From IMG/VR virus record IMGVR_UViG_3300044912_000713: a stretch of 64,000 nucleotides of DNA; one strand, written 5' to 3'. This DNA is from an uncultured virus (IMG/VR IMGVR_UViG_3300044912_000713) (lineage: Duplodnaviria; Heunggongvirae; Uroviricota; Caudoviricetes). Position numbers and translations under genes: made by a program. A model generated the notes under the pieces. The model searched no databases and had not been told where the DNA came from. It saw only the letters and a program-made list of their open reading frames with translations. Shown here in pieces: positions 10,196 to 19,013 of this stretch (position 1 is the stretch's first letter; each line of letters opens with the position of its first letter).

Positions 10196-12487
10196 ATGGC
10201 ACAGGAAAACGAGATTTACGACAACATAGCGATGCTCAGGAACCAGGCTGAGACAATAGACCACCACGCAAAGGAGTTCAAGGAGGCGGTGAACAACGCC
10301 GACGAAACGATGCCGTGGGTCGTGGCAAAGGCCGCGGTCGTGTCATCCAACCTATCCGACATATCGCACTACACCGAATCCAACAACGAGCTGGAGTCGT
10401 ACGAGGACGGCGGATACGTCGACCACGACATCGATGACTTTGACACACCCCACTACATGGCGATGGGCGGAAGGATGCAGGTGGGAAGGACCTACCGCGC
10501 GAAGGACGGCAACTCTTACCGATACGTCGGAAACGACTACTTCATGGACGCCATGCGGAACTACATAAAGAAGGACAAATCGGACTTCGACGGGCACACC
10601 TTCGAGGACGGGGGAGTGGTGTCCGCGGACGAGGTGGTTCCCGGCGCCAGGTTCGGAACGGGAAACATGGTTTTCGTGGTGGAGGACATCGAGCAGACCG
10701 AGGACGGGGAGACGTACGTCACGGCGGCCGTAGAGTCCGACCGTGAGAAGACGTTCCGGGACACGCTTCCGGAGTTCGTCGAAATCATGTCGCAGCAGGG
10801 GGTGAGAAGGCTGGACCACGGGGGTGAGCTGGAGATGGGCGCAATCATGGTTTACGGGAAAACGCAATCGGACAACTACCAGCTGGGGCGCACGTTCCGC
10901 GAGCTGAACATACCCGCCGCATGGTTCGCGCGGGAGGGACACTGGGCCGTTATGGGGGACGAAGAGACGCTCGACGAGCTGACGCTGCGACTTCCGGACG
11001 AGTTCGAGGAGCGGGGAATCGACGCCAGAATCGAATACGTGAGGGATACGGACGAAGAGAAGTACGAGGGATACTACGCCGGTGGCGGAAAAGTCAACAA
11101 GCAGGAGCAAATGAAGTTCTTTGAGGAGGAGGTGAACGAGATGGGATACTCGTACTCCGACTACACCCCGGCCGCGTGGAAGCAGATATTCTTCTTCTTA
11201 TTGGAGGAGGGGTTCGACCACGAAGAGGCGAAAGAGGTGATGCTTTCGAAGTACATGAGATGGTGCCGGGACGCGGCCATGAATGCCGGAAAGAGGGAGA
11301 GCCAGCTCAGCAGCCTGAACGACTTCAAGAAGTGCTACTCTGAAGAGGGCACGAAAGAGTTTCTAAAAAAGATGATTCGGCAGGGATACGAGAAGGGCGG
11401 CCACATGGCGGAAGGTGGACGGGTCAACAACGGGGACGTGGTTCGAATCAAGAACCCGATGCCCGACGAGAACCCGGACCAGCTTTATCTGGTCGTCCAG
11501 GAGCATCTGGATGAGTATGGCCCTGATGACCAAATCGAGGTGATGGCGCTCGGAACTGGAATGTCCATCCCGGGTGTGAACAGGGTAGAGATGAGGGATT
11601 TAGAAGTTGTCGAAAACGCCGAGAAGATGGAGAACGGAGGAGAGGTTGGTGACTTGGCAAACGTAATCGCCGAAAACAAGTCCGGGGTTGTAATGAGAGT
11701 AAACAACGGGAAATTCCACATGAAGTTCCCCGATGGAACTGAGAGGACTTATTCCGCAGAGGAGTTGAAGTTCATAAACAGCGACGACGACTTCGAAAAC
11801 GGAGGGCAGGTTACCAAGCCCGTGACATTTGGAAATTTAGCAATCGGAAATGAATACTATCAAGTAACAAGACCAGATTTGGGGATAGAAAAAATAAAAA
11901 TCACACAAAAAGACGGGAACAGCTCCTACAGCTATACAAGCGATAAAAATTCAATCGAGACCTATGCCACCAAGCATAAAGGCAAGTTTGAAGACACCGA
12001 GGAGCTATACGGCATTTATTCGAATAAGGATGCCGCAAAAGAAAAGGCCATGCAGCTACTTAATGAGAAAATGAGCAAATATGCAAAGGGCGGCGATACC
12101 AAATACTGGATTCAGGGAGCTACGAAGAAGAAGGGAGCGCTCCGCGCCGAGGCGAAGCGGATGGGCCTTATTAAAGGCGACGAGAAGCTGACCATGGAGG
12201 ACCTGAAAAAGCTCGAGGCGAAAGGCGGGAAGACCGCCCAGCGCGCAAGACTGGCCATGACCCTGCAGAAGCTGCGCGGCGGCGGAAAAGTCAAGTTCAA
12301 GGACAAGGTGGCCTCCGTGAAGAAGAGCCTGCTGGAGAGGAAGAAGGTTCCGAAGTCGGTGCAGAAGGATTACGGTAAGACGTACTCTCCGGCCGAGGCG
12401 CAGGAATCGGCGCAGCGGATAGTGGGAGCCATGACTGCGGCGGAGAGAATCAAAATGACAATCAAATCCAAAAAAGCTAAGAAATGA
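10196..12487 (+). CDS. Large modular protein with 11 xxxGG motifs and basic C-terminal domains
   Basis: YEDGG, MAMGG, FEDGG, LDHGG, YAGGG, YEKGG, MAEGG, MENGG, FENGG, YAKGG, LRGGG; C-terminal WIQGA.KKKGALR...RARLA.TL. Confidence 0.8.
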   Translation: MAQENEIYDNIAMLRNQAETIDHHAKEFKEAVNNADETMPWVVAKAAVVSSNLSDISHYTESNNELESYEDGGYVDHDIDDFDTPHYMAMGGRMQVGRTYRAKDGNSYRYVGNDYFMDAMRNYIKKDKSDFDGHTFEDGGVVSADEVVPGARFGTGNMVFVVEDIEQTEDGETYVTAAVESDREKTFRDTLPEFVEIMSQQGVRRLDHGGELEMGAIMVYGKTQSDNYQLGRTFRELNIPAAWFAREGHWAVMGDEETLDELTLRLPDEFEERGIDARIEYVRDTDEEKYEGYYAGGGKVNKQEQMKFFEEEVNEMGYSYSDYTPAAWKQIFFFLLEEGFDHEEAKEVMLSKYMRWCRDAAMNAGKRESQLSSLNDFKKCYSEEGTKEFLKKMIRQGYEKGGHMAEGGRVNNGDVVRIKNPMPDENPDQLYLVVQEHLDEYGPDDQIEVMALGTGMSIPGVNRVEMRDLEVVENAEKMENGGEVGDLANVIAENKSGVVMRVNNGKFHMKFPDGTERTYSAEELKFINSDDDFENGGQVTKPVTFGNLAIGNEYYQVTRPDLGIEKIKITQKDGNSSYSYTSDKNSIETYATKHKGKFEDTEELYGIYSNKDAAKEKAMQLLNEKMSKYAKGGDTKYWIQGATKKKGALRAEAKRMGLIKGDEKLTMEDLKKLEAKGGKTAQRARLAMTLQKLRGGGKVKFKDKVASVKKSLLERKKVPKSVQKDYGKTYSPAEAQESAQRIVGAMTAAERIKMTIKSKKAKK

Positions 12488-13035
12488 GCGCGGCATACGA
12501 CCAAATAATTTACGACACGGCAATCGGGGAGGGTTTCAACCCCACCGCGGCCAAGCTAATCGTTGCCCAGGCCAGGTTCGAATCGGCGGACTACTCGTCC
12601 AACGTTTTCAAGAGCAACCTGAACACCAGTGGCATGAAGTACATCGGTCAGCCTCTGGCGACCAGGGGAACGCCGGCGCCGAAGAACGAGCAGCGCTGCA
12701 ACGGCGGATGCGACAGCGACTACTACGCGAAGTTCAAATCCGTGGGAGACAGCGCGAAGGACAAGATTCAACGGCTCTACAACATCACGATGAGGGGGGT
12801 AAGCCCGGCTCAGCTCAAGGCGGCGAAGACCGCGGACGAGTTCGCCAACCTGCTGAAGAGAAGGGGATACTACGGCGCACCCGAGTCGCAGTACGCCAGC
12901 GGGCTGAGGGCCAAGCTTCTCAGGATACAGGTTGTCGAGTTCGTGAGCAAGAACAAAACGAGCATAGCCATACTGATTGGCGGCGTCGCGCTACTGGGCG
13001 CGGGATACCTCCTCTATAAAAAATCCAAAAGATAA
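12484..13035 (+). CDS. Lysozyme-fold (glucosaminidase-like) peptidoglycan hydrolase with C-terminal membrane anchor
   Basis: AQARFES, N.SGMKY, Y..F.S, LKRRGYY; C-terminal hydrophobic helix followed by KKSKR. Confidence 0.7.
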   Translation: MSAAYDQIIYDTAIGEGFNPTAAKLIVAQARFESADYSSNVFKSNLNTSGMKYIGQPLATRGTPAPKNEQRCNGGCDSDYYAKFKSVGDSAKDKIQRLYNITMRGVSPAQLKAAKTADEFANLLKRRGYYGAPESQYASGLRAKLLRIQVVEFVSKNKTSIAILIGGVALLGAGYLLYKKSKR

Positions 13036-13532
13036 TGTACTCTCTAGCGGTTAAAAACAGGACACGGGACTTCGTGAAGGCGTACGGACCCGGCATAGTC
13101 AACGCCATAAAGGGAACGGGACTCTTCTTCCCGGCGGTCGTGGCGCAGAAGGCGCTCGAGAGCGGATGGGGAACCAGCGAGCTGACGAGACAGGCCTTCA
13201 ACTTCGGCGGAATCAAATACAACCCGAAACTTCCCGGCGTCACGGGATTCGTGACCAGGGACACGACCGAGTACATAAATGGCAGGAAGGTCAGGGTGCA
13301 GGCCAAGTTCAGCAAGTTCAAAGACGTCGAATCTGGAATCAGGGCCACCATAACGGTGCTGCTTGGCGACAGGTACAGGAGCGCGAGGCTGAACGCGAAG
13401 ACCCCAGAAGAGCAGGTGCTCATGATAGCCAGGGCCGGTTACACGACCACTCCGGCGCAGAGGTACCTCTCGTCGCTGCAGGGAATCATCGAGGCCACGC
13501 AGGACCTCACCGGACTCGGAAGAATATCTTAA
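13035..13532 (+). CDS. GH73/FlgJ-like glucosaminidase
   Basis: VVAQKALESGWG, NFGGIK, TTEY, F..F, AGYTT. Confidence 0.85.
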   Translation: MYSLAVKNRTRDFVKAYGPGIVNAIKGTGLFFPAVVAQKALESGWGTSELTRQAFNFGGIKYNPKLPGVTGFVTRDTTEYINGRKVRVQAKFSKFKDVESGIRATITVLLGDRYRSARLNAKTPEEQVLMIARAGYTTTPAQRYLSSLQGIIEATQDLTGLGRIS

Positions 13533-13542
13533 ATTTACGCAC

Positions 13543-13686
13543 ATGAGAAAGAAAGTCACAATAGCAGTAATAGCCGTGGTTGCCGCATACGCGGGAGTAT
13601 ACTTCTACCAGCGCCACAGGCGCAGGCTGGCCAACGAGCGAGAGGCAAGCGAGGCGGAGGCCCTAACGGTAATAAACGAACTCTAA
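13543..13686 (+). CDS. 47-aa single-TM protein (missing from ORF track)
   Basis: MRKKVTIAVIAVVAAYAGVYFYQRHRRR...; fills an intergenic gap. Confidence 0.7.
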   Translation: MRKKVTIAVIAVVAAYAGVYFYQRHRRRLANEREASEAEALTVINEL

Positions 13687-13714
13687 ACAACAAATCACCA
13701 TAAAAATCAAAGCA

Positions 13715-14266
13715 ATGTCAAAATTCGAAAAAAAAATCACGGAACTGGGTCTGGAAGAGGGAAAGCTCTCCAAGAACCTGAACAAGATGGTAAAGGACTT
13801 CAGAAAGGCGGAGGCGCAGCTGGAGGAGATGAAAGAGGAGCTTGAAAAGGTCTCGGGCGACGAGAAGGAGCAGCTGAAAGGCGAGATTGCAGAGCTCGAG
13901 GAGGCGCTTGCGGAGACGGACGAAGAGCTGGTCGGAAGGGTTCAGACCTATGCCGACAACCGGGAGTACTACGCCCAGAAGGTGCAGGACCTGAACCGGG
14001 GCCGCCAAAAGGCCGAGCAAGCGAGAGGGGCGGCATCCAACCCGCAGCCACAGCCACAGCCACAGAAAGTGGAGGAGGCGCCAAAACAAGTAGAAACCCC
14101 TAAAATAGAGGAGGCAAAGGTAGTGTCGACGGAACCGGCCGGCACGGCGGCGGCGAAAGCCGTCCCAATCGAGGAGAAGAAGGAGAGCTCGAACTGGCTT
14201 CTGTGGGGCGTCCTGGGAATCGCCGGAATCATGGTCGGTGTGAACCTCTTCAGAAACAAAAATTGA
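13715..14266 (+). CDS. Coiled-coil protein with C-terminal TM anchor
   Basis: Heptad-rich N-terminus, PQ repeat, WLLWGVLGIAGIMVGVNLF tail. Confidence 0.75.
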   Translation: MSKFEKKITELGLEEGKLSKNLNKMVKDFRKAEAQLEEMKEELEKVSGDEKEQLKGEIAELEEALAETDEELVGRVQTYADNREYYAQKVQDLNRGRQKAEQARGAASNPQPQPQPQKVEEAPKQVETPKIEEAKVVSTEPAGTAAAKAVPIEEKKESSNWLLWGVLGIAGIMVGVNLFRNKN

Positions 14267-14303
14267 TTTCGTAGATGCAAATCAAAACTATACCTTCATA
14301 TAC

Positions 14304-14600
14304 ATGAAACAGAAAAACCTACTCCTGCTGGCCGCAGCGGTCGCCGGGGGATACCTACTTTACAGAAAGTACTGGCGCAAACCGCAGAACAAGTCCGAGA
14401 AGGCCATGCAGAACTTCATGTACGCCACCGGAAAGACGTCCGTGGGTACCACCGTGGGCACGCCGAGAGGCTGCGCCGGAAACGTGTTCTACGTGGCCGG
14501 TTCGACGCCCGGAAAGTGCCGTTTGGGATGCAACAACGCGGACGGGGACATCATCTTCCCACAGGGGTACCAGGAGTTCCCTTGCCCTGAGGGAGTATAG
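14304..14600 (+). CDS. N-terminal TM protein with small Cys domain
   Basis: LLLLAAAVAGGYLLYRK; four Cys. Confidence 0.7.
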   Translation: MKQKNLLLLAAAVAGGYLLYRKYWRKPQNKSEKAMQNFMYATGKTSVGTTVGTPRGCAGNVFYVAGSTPGKCRLGCNNADGDIIFPQGYQEFPCPEGV

Positions 14601-14608
14601 GGTTCGCC

Positions 14609-14869
14609 ATGAACGCGAGAAAGGCACTCATATTGGCCGCGGTGGGAATCGGGGCCTACATGCTTTACAGGAGCATGAGGGGCCGTAGAACGGAGGATAA
14701 ACGCCTTTCGGGGGGATACTGCCTCGGAGGGGTCTGGATACCGGCCGGAGCGGGGGAGCCATACGTCAGGGACGGGGCCTTGTTCTACTGCCCGAATCCC
14801 GGAGCGGACGGGTGCATGGGGGAAGAGGTGAGGGTCGATTTGGAAAACGTTGACAAAAGGTGTATTTGA
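14609..14869 (+). CDS. N-terminal TM protein with small Cys domain
   Basis: ALILAAVGIGAYMLYR. Confidence 0.7.
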   Translation: MNARKALILAAVGIGAYMLYRSMRGRRTEDKRLSGGYCLGGVWIPAGAGEPYVRDGALFYCPNPGADGCMGEEVRVDLENVDKRCI

Positions 14870-15151
14870 ATGGCATACAGAATAAAAAACCACACGCTGG
14901 CACAGGCCAGGAAGCTGGGTGTGACGGTAAAACCGAGCACCGTGGAGGGAAAGAAGATTGACGTGTTCAACCGGAAGGGCGAGAAGCTCGCATCGGTGGG
15001 CGCGCTGGGATACGGCGACTATCCGACGTTCAAGGAGCAGAAGGGAAAGGAGTTCGCGGACAACAAGAGGCGCCTCTACAAGATGCGCCACCAGAAGGAC
15101 CGCGTCGTGAGGGGGACACCGGGATGGTACGCCGACAAACTATTATGGTGA
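14870..15151 (+). CDS. Small basic viral protein (DUF5754-like)
   Basis: KKIDV...GALGYGDY......RRLYKMRH...GWYADKLLW pattern. Confidence 0.55.
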   Translation: MAYRIKNHTLAQARKLGVTVKPSTVEGKKIDVFNRKGEKLASVGALGYGDYPTFKEQKGKEFADNKRRLYKMRHQKDRVVRGTPGWYADKLLW

Positions 15152-15152
15152 A

Positions 15153-15467
15153 ATGTTCAGTGCGGGCGGATACATAATGATTCTGGGGATACTGATGGGG
15201 CTGGCCTTCATCGTGTCCTCGGTTTATTTCGTGAACAAGATATTCGTCAAGCAGACGAAGGACGTGCTGGTGAAGTTCGTGATACTGATTTTCACGGCGC
15301 TGGTGGGTCTCTTCATAGTCGACAAGGTGATAGCCTTCAAGATTAAGCTGCTGCCCGACGACCAGAACGCGCAGCTCTTCGACCTGATTAAGACCCTGGT
15401 GCTGATGATATTCAGCTACTACTTCGGGACGAAGACCGCGGAAACAAGAAAGGAACAAAAGGACTAA
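15153..15467 (+). CDS. Three-TM membrane protein, holin-like
   Basis: Three hydrophobic helices ending IFSYYFGTK; upstream of the endolysin. Confidence 0.6.
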   Translation: MFSAGGYIMILGILMGLAFIVSSVYFVNKIFVKQTKDVLVKFVILIFTALVGLFIVDKVIAFKIKLLPDDQNAQLFDLIKTLVLMIFSYYFGTKTAETRKEQKD

Positions 15468-15479
15468 AATGGAATACTC

Positions 15480-15698
15480 ATGGGTAACGGACTATACAAC
15501 TTCCTTGGCAGCCTTCTCGTGCTGCTACTGGCGATTCTGATATTCTTCACGCTGATGACATCGGAGATGCCCGACAAGAACCGGGAACTCCTAATCGCGT
15601 TCATATCGGTGCTGTTCGGCGGGATGGCGGCGTCTATCAAGAACATAATCGGAGACAAATCGGAGACGAAGGAGGAGGATAAAAAAAATAAGGAATAA
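15480..15698 (+). CDS. Two-TM membrane protein, holin-like
   Basis: Two hydrophobic helices and a charged tail. Confidence 0.55.
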   Translation: MGNGLYNFLGSLLVLLLAILIFFTLMTSEMPDKNRELLIAFISVLFGGMAASIKNIIGDKSETKEEDKKNKE

Positions 15699-15708
15699 AA
15701 CGTATAAC

Positions 15709-15930
15709 ATGAAAGAGTTGATAACGGTTGCGGCGTCGTTCATACTGGTGGTGGGACTGGCGCTATTCATGTACATGGGCAACCAGAAGCATACAACTGC
15801 GGTGATGGAAAATCAGCAATTGAAGGAGCTAGTGGACAAGAACCACGATGCCCTTAAGCTGGAGATATCCCGAATCGACGCTCACCTGCAAGAGACAGAC
15901 AGCATTTTTCACAATAGAAAAACCGAATAA
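15709..15930 (+). CDS. TM plus coiled-coil protein
   Basis: N-terminal hydrophobic helix. Confidence 0.6.
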   Translation: MKELITVAASFILVVGLALFMYMGNQKHTTAVMENQQLKELVDKNHDALKLEISRIDAHLQETDSIFHNRKTE

Positions 15931-15931
15931 C

Positions 15932-16162
15932 ATGAAACAGATTTTCAACTGGCTGAAAGGGTTCGTCTCCAACAACGGAGAGGCGTCAAGCAAGAGACTG
16001 GTAGGCGTCATGTGCGCCGCCTTCCTATGCGGGGCGATGCTGAAGGAGTACAACCCGGCCGACGCGCTCGTGTATTCCGTGAGCGCCCTCGCCTTCGCCT
16101 CGCTGGGACTAACCTCGGCGGAAAAGATATTCAAAAAGAAAGAAGAAAATAAACCGCAATGA
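15932..16162 (+). CDS. Two-TM holin-like protein
   Basis: SSKR before TM1 and GLTSAEK after TM2; stop overlaps endolysin start. Confidence 0.6.
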   Translation: MKQIFNWLKGFVSNNGEASSKRLVGVMCAAFLCGAMLKEYNPADALVYSVSALAFASLGLTSAEKIFKKKEENKPQ

Positions 16163-16758
16163 TTACGGACGCGCTGGGCAGAATCCTGCCCGTCAACATA
16201 TTGAACGAGATTGCGCTGATAACGCAGAAGTTCCAGCTCAACACGCCGTTGAGGCTTTCGCACTTCCTGGCGCAGTGCGCCCACGAGAGCGGAAACTTCA
16301 AGCTCGTCAATGAGAACCTAAACTACTCCGCCGACGGGCTGCTTAAAATCTTCCCCAAGTACTTCAAGGACAGGGCCACGGCCGAATCGTACGCGAGAAA
16401 GCCGGAGAAGATTGCCAACAGGGTGTACGCTAGCCGAATGGGAAACGGCGACGAGGCGTCCGGGGACGGATACAGGTTCAGGGGCAGGGGATACATCCAG
16501 CTGACCGGAAGGGACAACTACAAGGCGTTCTCCGACTTCATAAAGGAGGACTGCGTTGCCAATCCGGACCTTGTGGCGACCAAATACCCGCTTTCGTCCG
16601 CCGCCTTCTTCTTCGAGAAGAACGGGCTGTGGAACGTCTGCGACAAGGGGGCGACCCCCGAAGTGGTCACCGCGGTAACAAAGAGGGTGAACGGCGGAAC
16701 GCACGGGCTGGACGACAGGCTCTCCAAATTCAACGTATTCAAATCTACAATGGCATAG
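16159..16758 (+). CDS. GH19 family endolysin
   Basis: HFLAQCAHES, ENLNYSA, GDGYRFRGRGYIQLTGRDNY, VNGGTHGLDDR. Confidence 0.92.
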   Translation: MITDALGRILPVNILNEIALITQKFQLNTPLRLSHFLAQCAHESGNFKLVNENLNYSADGLLKIFPKYFKDRATAESYARKPEKIANRVYASRMGNGDEASGDGYRFRGRGYIQLTGRDNYKAFSDFIKEDCVANPDLVATKYPLSSAAFFFEKNGLWNVCDKGATPEVVTAVTKRVNGGTHGLDDRLSKFNVFKSTMA

Positions 16759-16759
16759 C

Positions 16760-17269
16760 ATGGCATTCAAATTCAACATTTCGCAAGGAGAGGAGTGGCT
16801 GTTGAAGGCCGCGAGCGTAGGCGCCGCCCTTCTTGGGGTTGTCGCCGTATACACCTTCTATCGGAACAACATCTGGCACCCCACCGTTGTCGTGAAGGAC
16901 GTGGACTTCAAGAACGGAATAGCCAATCTGGAAATCAACGGAAGGCCGTTCGTGCTCAGGGGGGACTCATCGTACCTGATAGGCTTCGACTGGGGCATAA
17001 GGTTCGGATTTCTGCCCACGGCGGAAGGTCGCAGGGTCTATGACCGAATCGAGGTGCTGAAGCGGGGAATGGTCCACCAGGTAATCCGCCAGGCCGACAA
17101 GAACGGGTCATTCACAGGTTTCGACGAGCGCACATTCTGGAATGACGCCTTCGAAGGCGGGAAAGGCGGACTGTACGCGGTGAAGGCCTTCACTGGAGAA
17201 GAATCCAAGCTGGACAGCGTCTGGGGTGTGAAATCAGGAGAAAGCTTCTCAATCTTCGCGGAAAAATGA
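16760..17269 (+). CDS. TM-anchored hypothetical protein
   Basis: N-terminal TM; SFTG and AFTG motifs near the C-terminus. Confidence 0.7.
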   Translation: MAFKFNISQGEEWLLKAASVGAALLGVVAVYTFYRNNIWHPTVVVKDVDFKNGIANLEINGRPFVLRGDSSYLIGFDWGIRFGFLPTAEGRRVYDRIEVLKRGMVHQVIRQADKNGSFTGFDERTFWNDAFEGGKGGLYAVKAFTGEESKLDSVWGVKSGESFSIFAEK

Positions 17270-17661
17270 TAGGAGAGATAAAATCGGCGATTAAGAGCAA
17301 GGGTGCGGGCGAGGCCGTATTGTACGCCGGTCTTTTGGGACTGGTGCTTTCGGACGTAATACCGACCCCGGCCGACGCCGTTTACTTCAGGCTGATGGAG
17401 AAGAACAAGGCGCTACTCGAAGATGGAAAGATAACCCCCCGGCAGTATTGGACCAGGGACGCCACCCTATACTACGGTTTGAACCCGCTTTGGTGGCTGC
17501 TGGTACTTGGAATAGTATACAAAACCAAAGGAAGTCTGGCGGACAAAGCCAGGTGGGGAATAGCCGTCGTGGGAGCCGGAGCCGTTCTGGGCGCAATCAG
17601 CAAGAACATAAAGGAGGAGGAAAGAAAAAAAATTATTCGGAGAATCGAATCAAATACTTAA
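17266..17661 (+). CDS. Multi-TM membrane protein
   Basis: Three hydrophobic segments. Confidence 0.7.
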   Translation: MIGEIKSAIKSKGAGEAVLYAGLLGLVLSDVIPTPADAVYFRLMEKNKALLEDGKITPRQYWTRDATLYYGLNPLWWLLVLGIVYKTKGSLADKARWGIAVVGAGAVLGAISKNIKEEERKKIIRRIESNT

Positions 17662-17703
17662 TTTTATCCACAAAATCAACTTTAACCTGAAAAAACACAA
17701 GTC

Positions 17704-17820
17704 ATGGGAATCAACAACAAGAACATCCTTCCCGCGTTGGTAGGATTCGGAATCAGCCTCGTAGGCGTTTACATCATCGTGCGAGTTGCATCCGGAGCAT
17801 GGGCTGCGGGCCAAAAGTAA
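17704..17820 (+). CDS. 38-aa single-TM protein (missing from ORF track)
   Basis: MGINNKNILPALVGFGISLVGVYIIVRVASGAWAAGQK; A-rich leader. Confidence 0.7.
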   Translation: MGINNKNILPALVGFGISLVGVYIIVRVASGAWAAGQK

Positions 17821-17826
17821 TTACAA

Positions 17827-17946
17827 ATGGCAGTCGCAAAGAAGAAGGTAAAGGTGGCTGACATAGCCAAGCTTGCCAAGAAAATTCGTAAACCGAACGA
17901 AAAGTGGACCGACGCCATCAAAAGGGCAGCGGCTCAATTAAAGTAA
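17827..17946 (+). CDS. 39-aa highly basic protein, possible DNA-condensing core protein (missing from ORF track)
   Basis: MAVAKKKVKVADIAKLAKKIRKPNEKWTDAIKRAAAQLK. Confidence 0.65.
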   Translation: MAVAKKKVKVADIAKLAKKIRKPNEKWTDAIKRAAAQLK

Positions 17947-17950
17947 ATTT

Positions 17951-18565
17951 ATGCCTAAGAAGGAGACCGTCGTGGTTTTCAGAGGCGAGGACAAGTTCAT
18001 CGCCAAGAAGAAGAGAGTCTACGACAAGAACAAGGGAGAGTCCGAGTTTGTCGGCATCGTTGAAGGTCCTAAACCGACGCTGGTCGCCATAGACGACGCT
18101 GGCGGAGGCGGAACAGCAGAGATGCCCGTCAGAATCCCCGAAGTTCCCGTGGACAATCCACCGCCGCCACCCCCGGTTGAGCCATACAAGGCTCCGGACT
18201 GGAGCGCGATGGGTTGCGACGACATAGACGCCGAGCTCAACAGGCTCCGCGAATTCCTCATGGTTGCCAGAATACCCATGGAGATTTACTCCCAGTACCA
18301 GGCAGCAATAGCGTCCGGAGAGGCCGCAAGGGTGGAGAAGTGTGGGAAGACCCCGCCTGCCCTGCCCGACGTGCCACCACCACCTCCGCCGCCACCACCG
18401 CCACCGCCACCGACTCCGGTCGGACTTGGACTTCCCCCCAGAGCGGGAGGAGGAGCAGCGGCACCGGCTGGAGGAGGCGCGAAGAAGGAGGAAGGCAGGC
18501 CGAACCTGCTAATCTGGATTCTGCTCGCACTTGCGGGAGTCTATCTTCTAAGCGATAAAAAGTAA
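17951..18565 (+). CDS. Proline-rich protein with C-terminal TM
   Basis: Poly-Pro tracts; LLIWILLALAGVYLL tail. Confidence 0.75.
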   Translation: MPKKETVVVFRGEDKFIAKKKRVYDKNKGESEFVGIVEGPKPTLVAIDDAGGGGTAEMPVRIPEVPVDNPPPPPPVEPYKAPDWSAMGCDDIDAELNRLREFLMVARIPMEIYSQYQAAIASGEAARVEKCGKTPPALPDVPPPPPPPPPPPPPTPVGLGLPPRAGGGAAAPAGGGAKKEEGRPNLLIWILLALAGVYLLSDKK

Positions 18566-18569
18566 GTAA

Positions 18570-18998
18570 ATGAAAGCAGCAGCACCAGCACCGGCACCTG
18601 CACCAGCACCCGCCCCGGCGGTTGAAGTGGCTGCACAGGGAGCTCAGACCCCTCCGGCGCCTCCCGTACCGGGACCGCAATACGTTCCCCCGCCACAACC
18701 GGCGGGAATGGCCATGGCGGAAGGTGGAGAGACACCGAGGAAAAACCCGTTCCGGGACTTCTTCTCCGACATCAACGTCATGGACGTGGCGGTGTCGGCG
18801 CTGATAGTGGCCGGAGTGATATATTCGATTCAGTACCACAAGTTCATGATGATGCTGGAGAAGTCCGGATACACCGACCTCTCGAGCAGACTCGCGAAGG
18901 TGGAGTCCGAAATCGCGGCGGCGAAGAGGAAGTCTACTGAGGCAAACGCGGCCGGACGTCCCGGAATGAGACGTCGCAGGGGCGTAATCACGCTATAA
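18570..18998 (+). CDS. Ala/Pro-rich membrane protein
   Basis: APAPAP N-terminus, MAEGG motif, central TM, basic tail. Confidence 0.7.
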   Translation: MKAAAPAPAPAPAPAPAVEVAAQGAQTPPAPPVPGPQYVPPPQPAGMAMAEGGETPRKNPFRDFFSDINVMDVAVSALIVAGVIYSIQYHKFMMMLEKSGYTDLSSRLAKVESEIAAAKRKSTEANAAGRPGMRRRRGVITL

Positions 18999-19013
18999 GA
19001 AAAACCATAAAAT

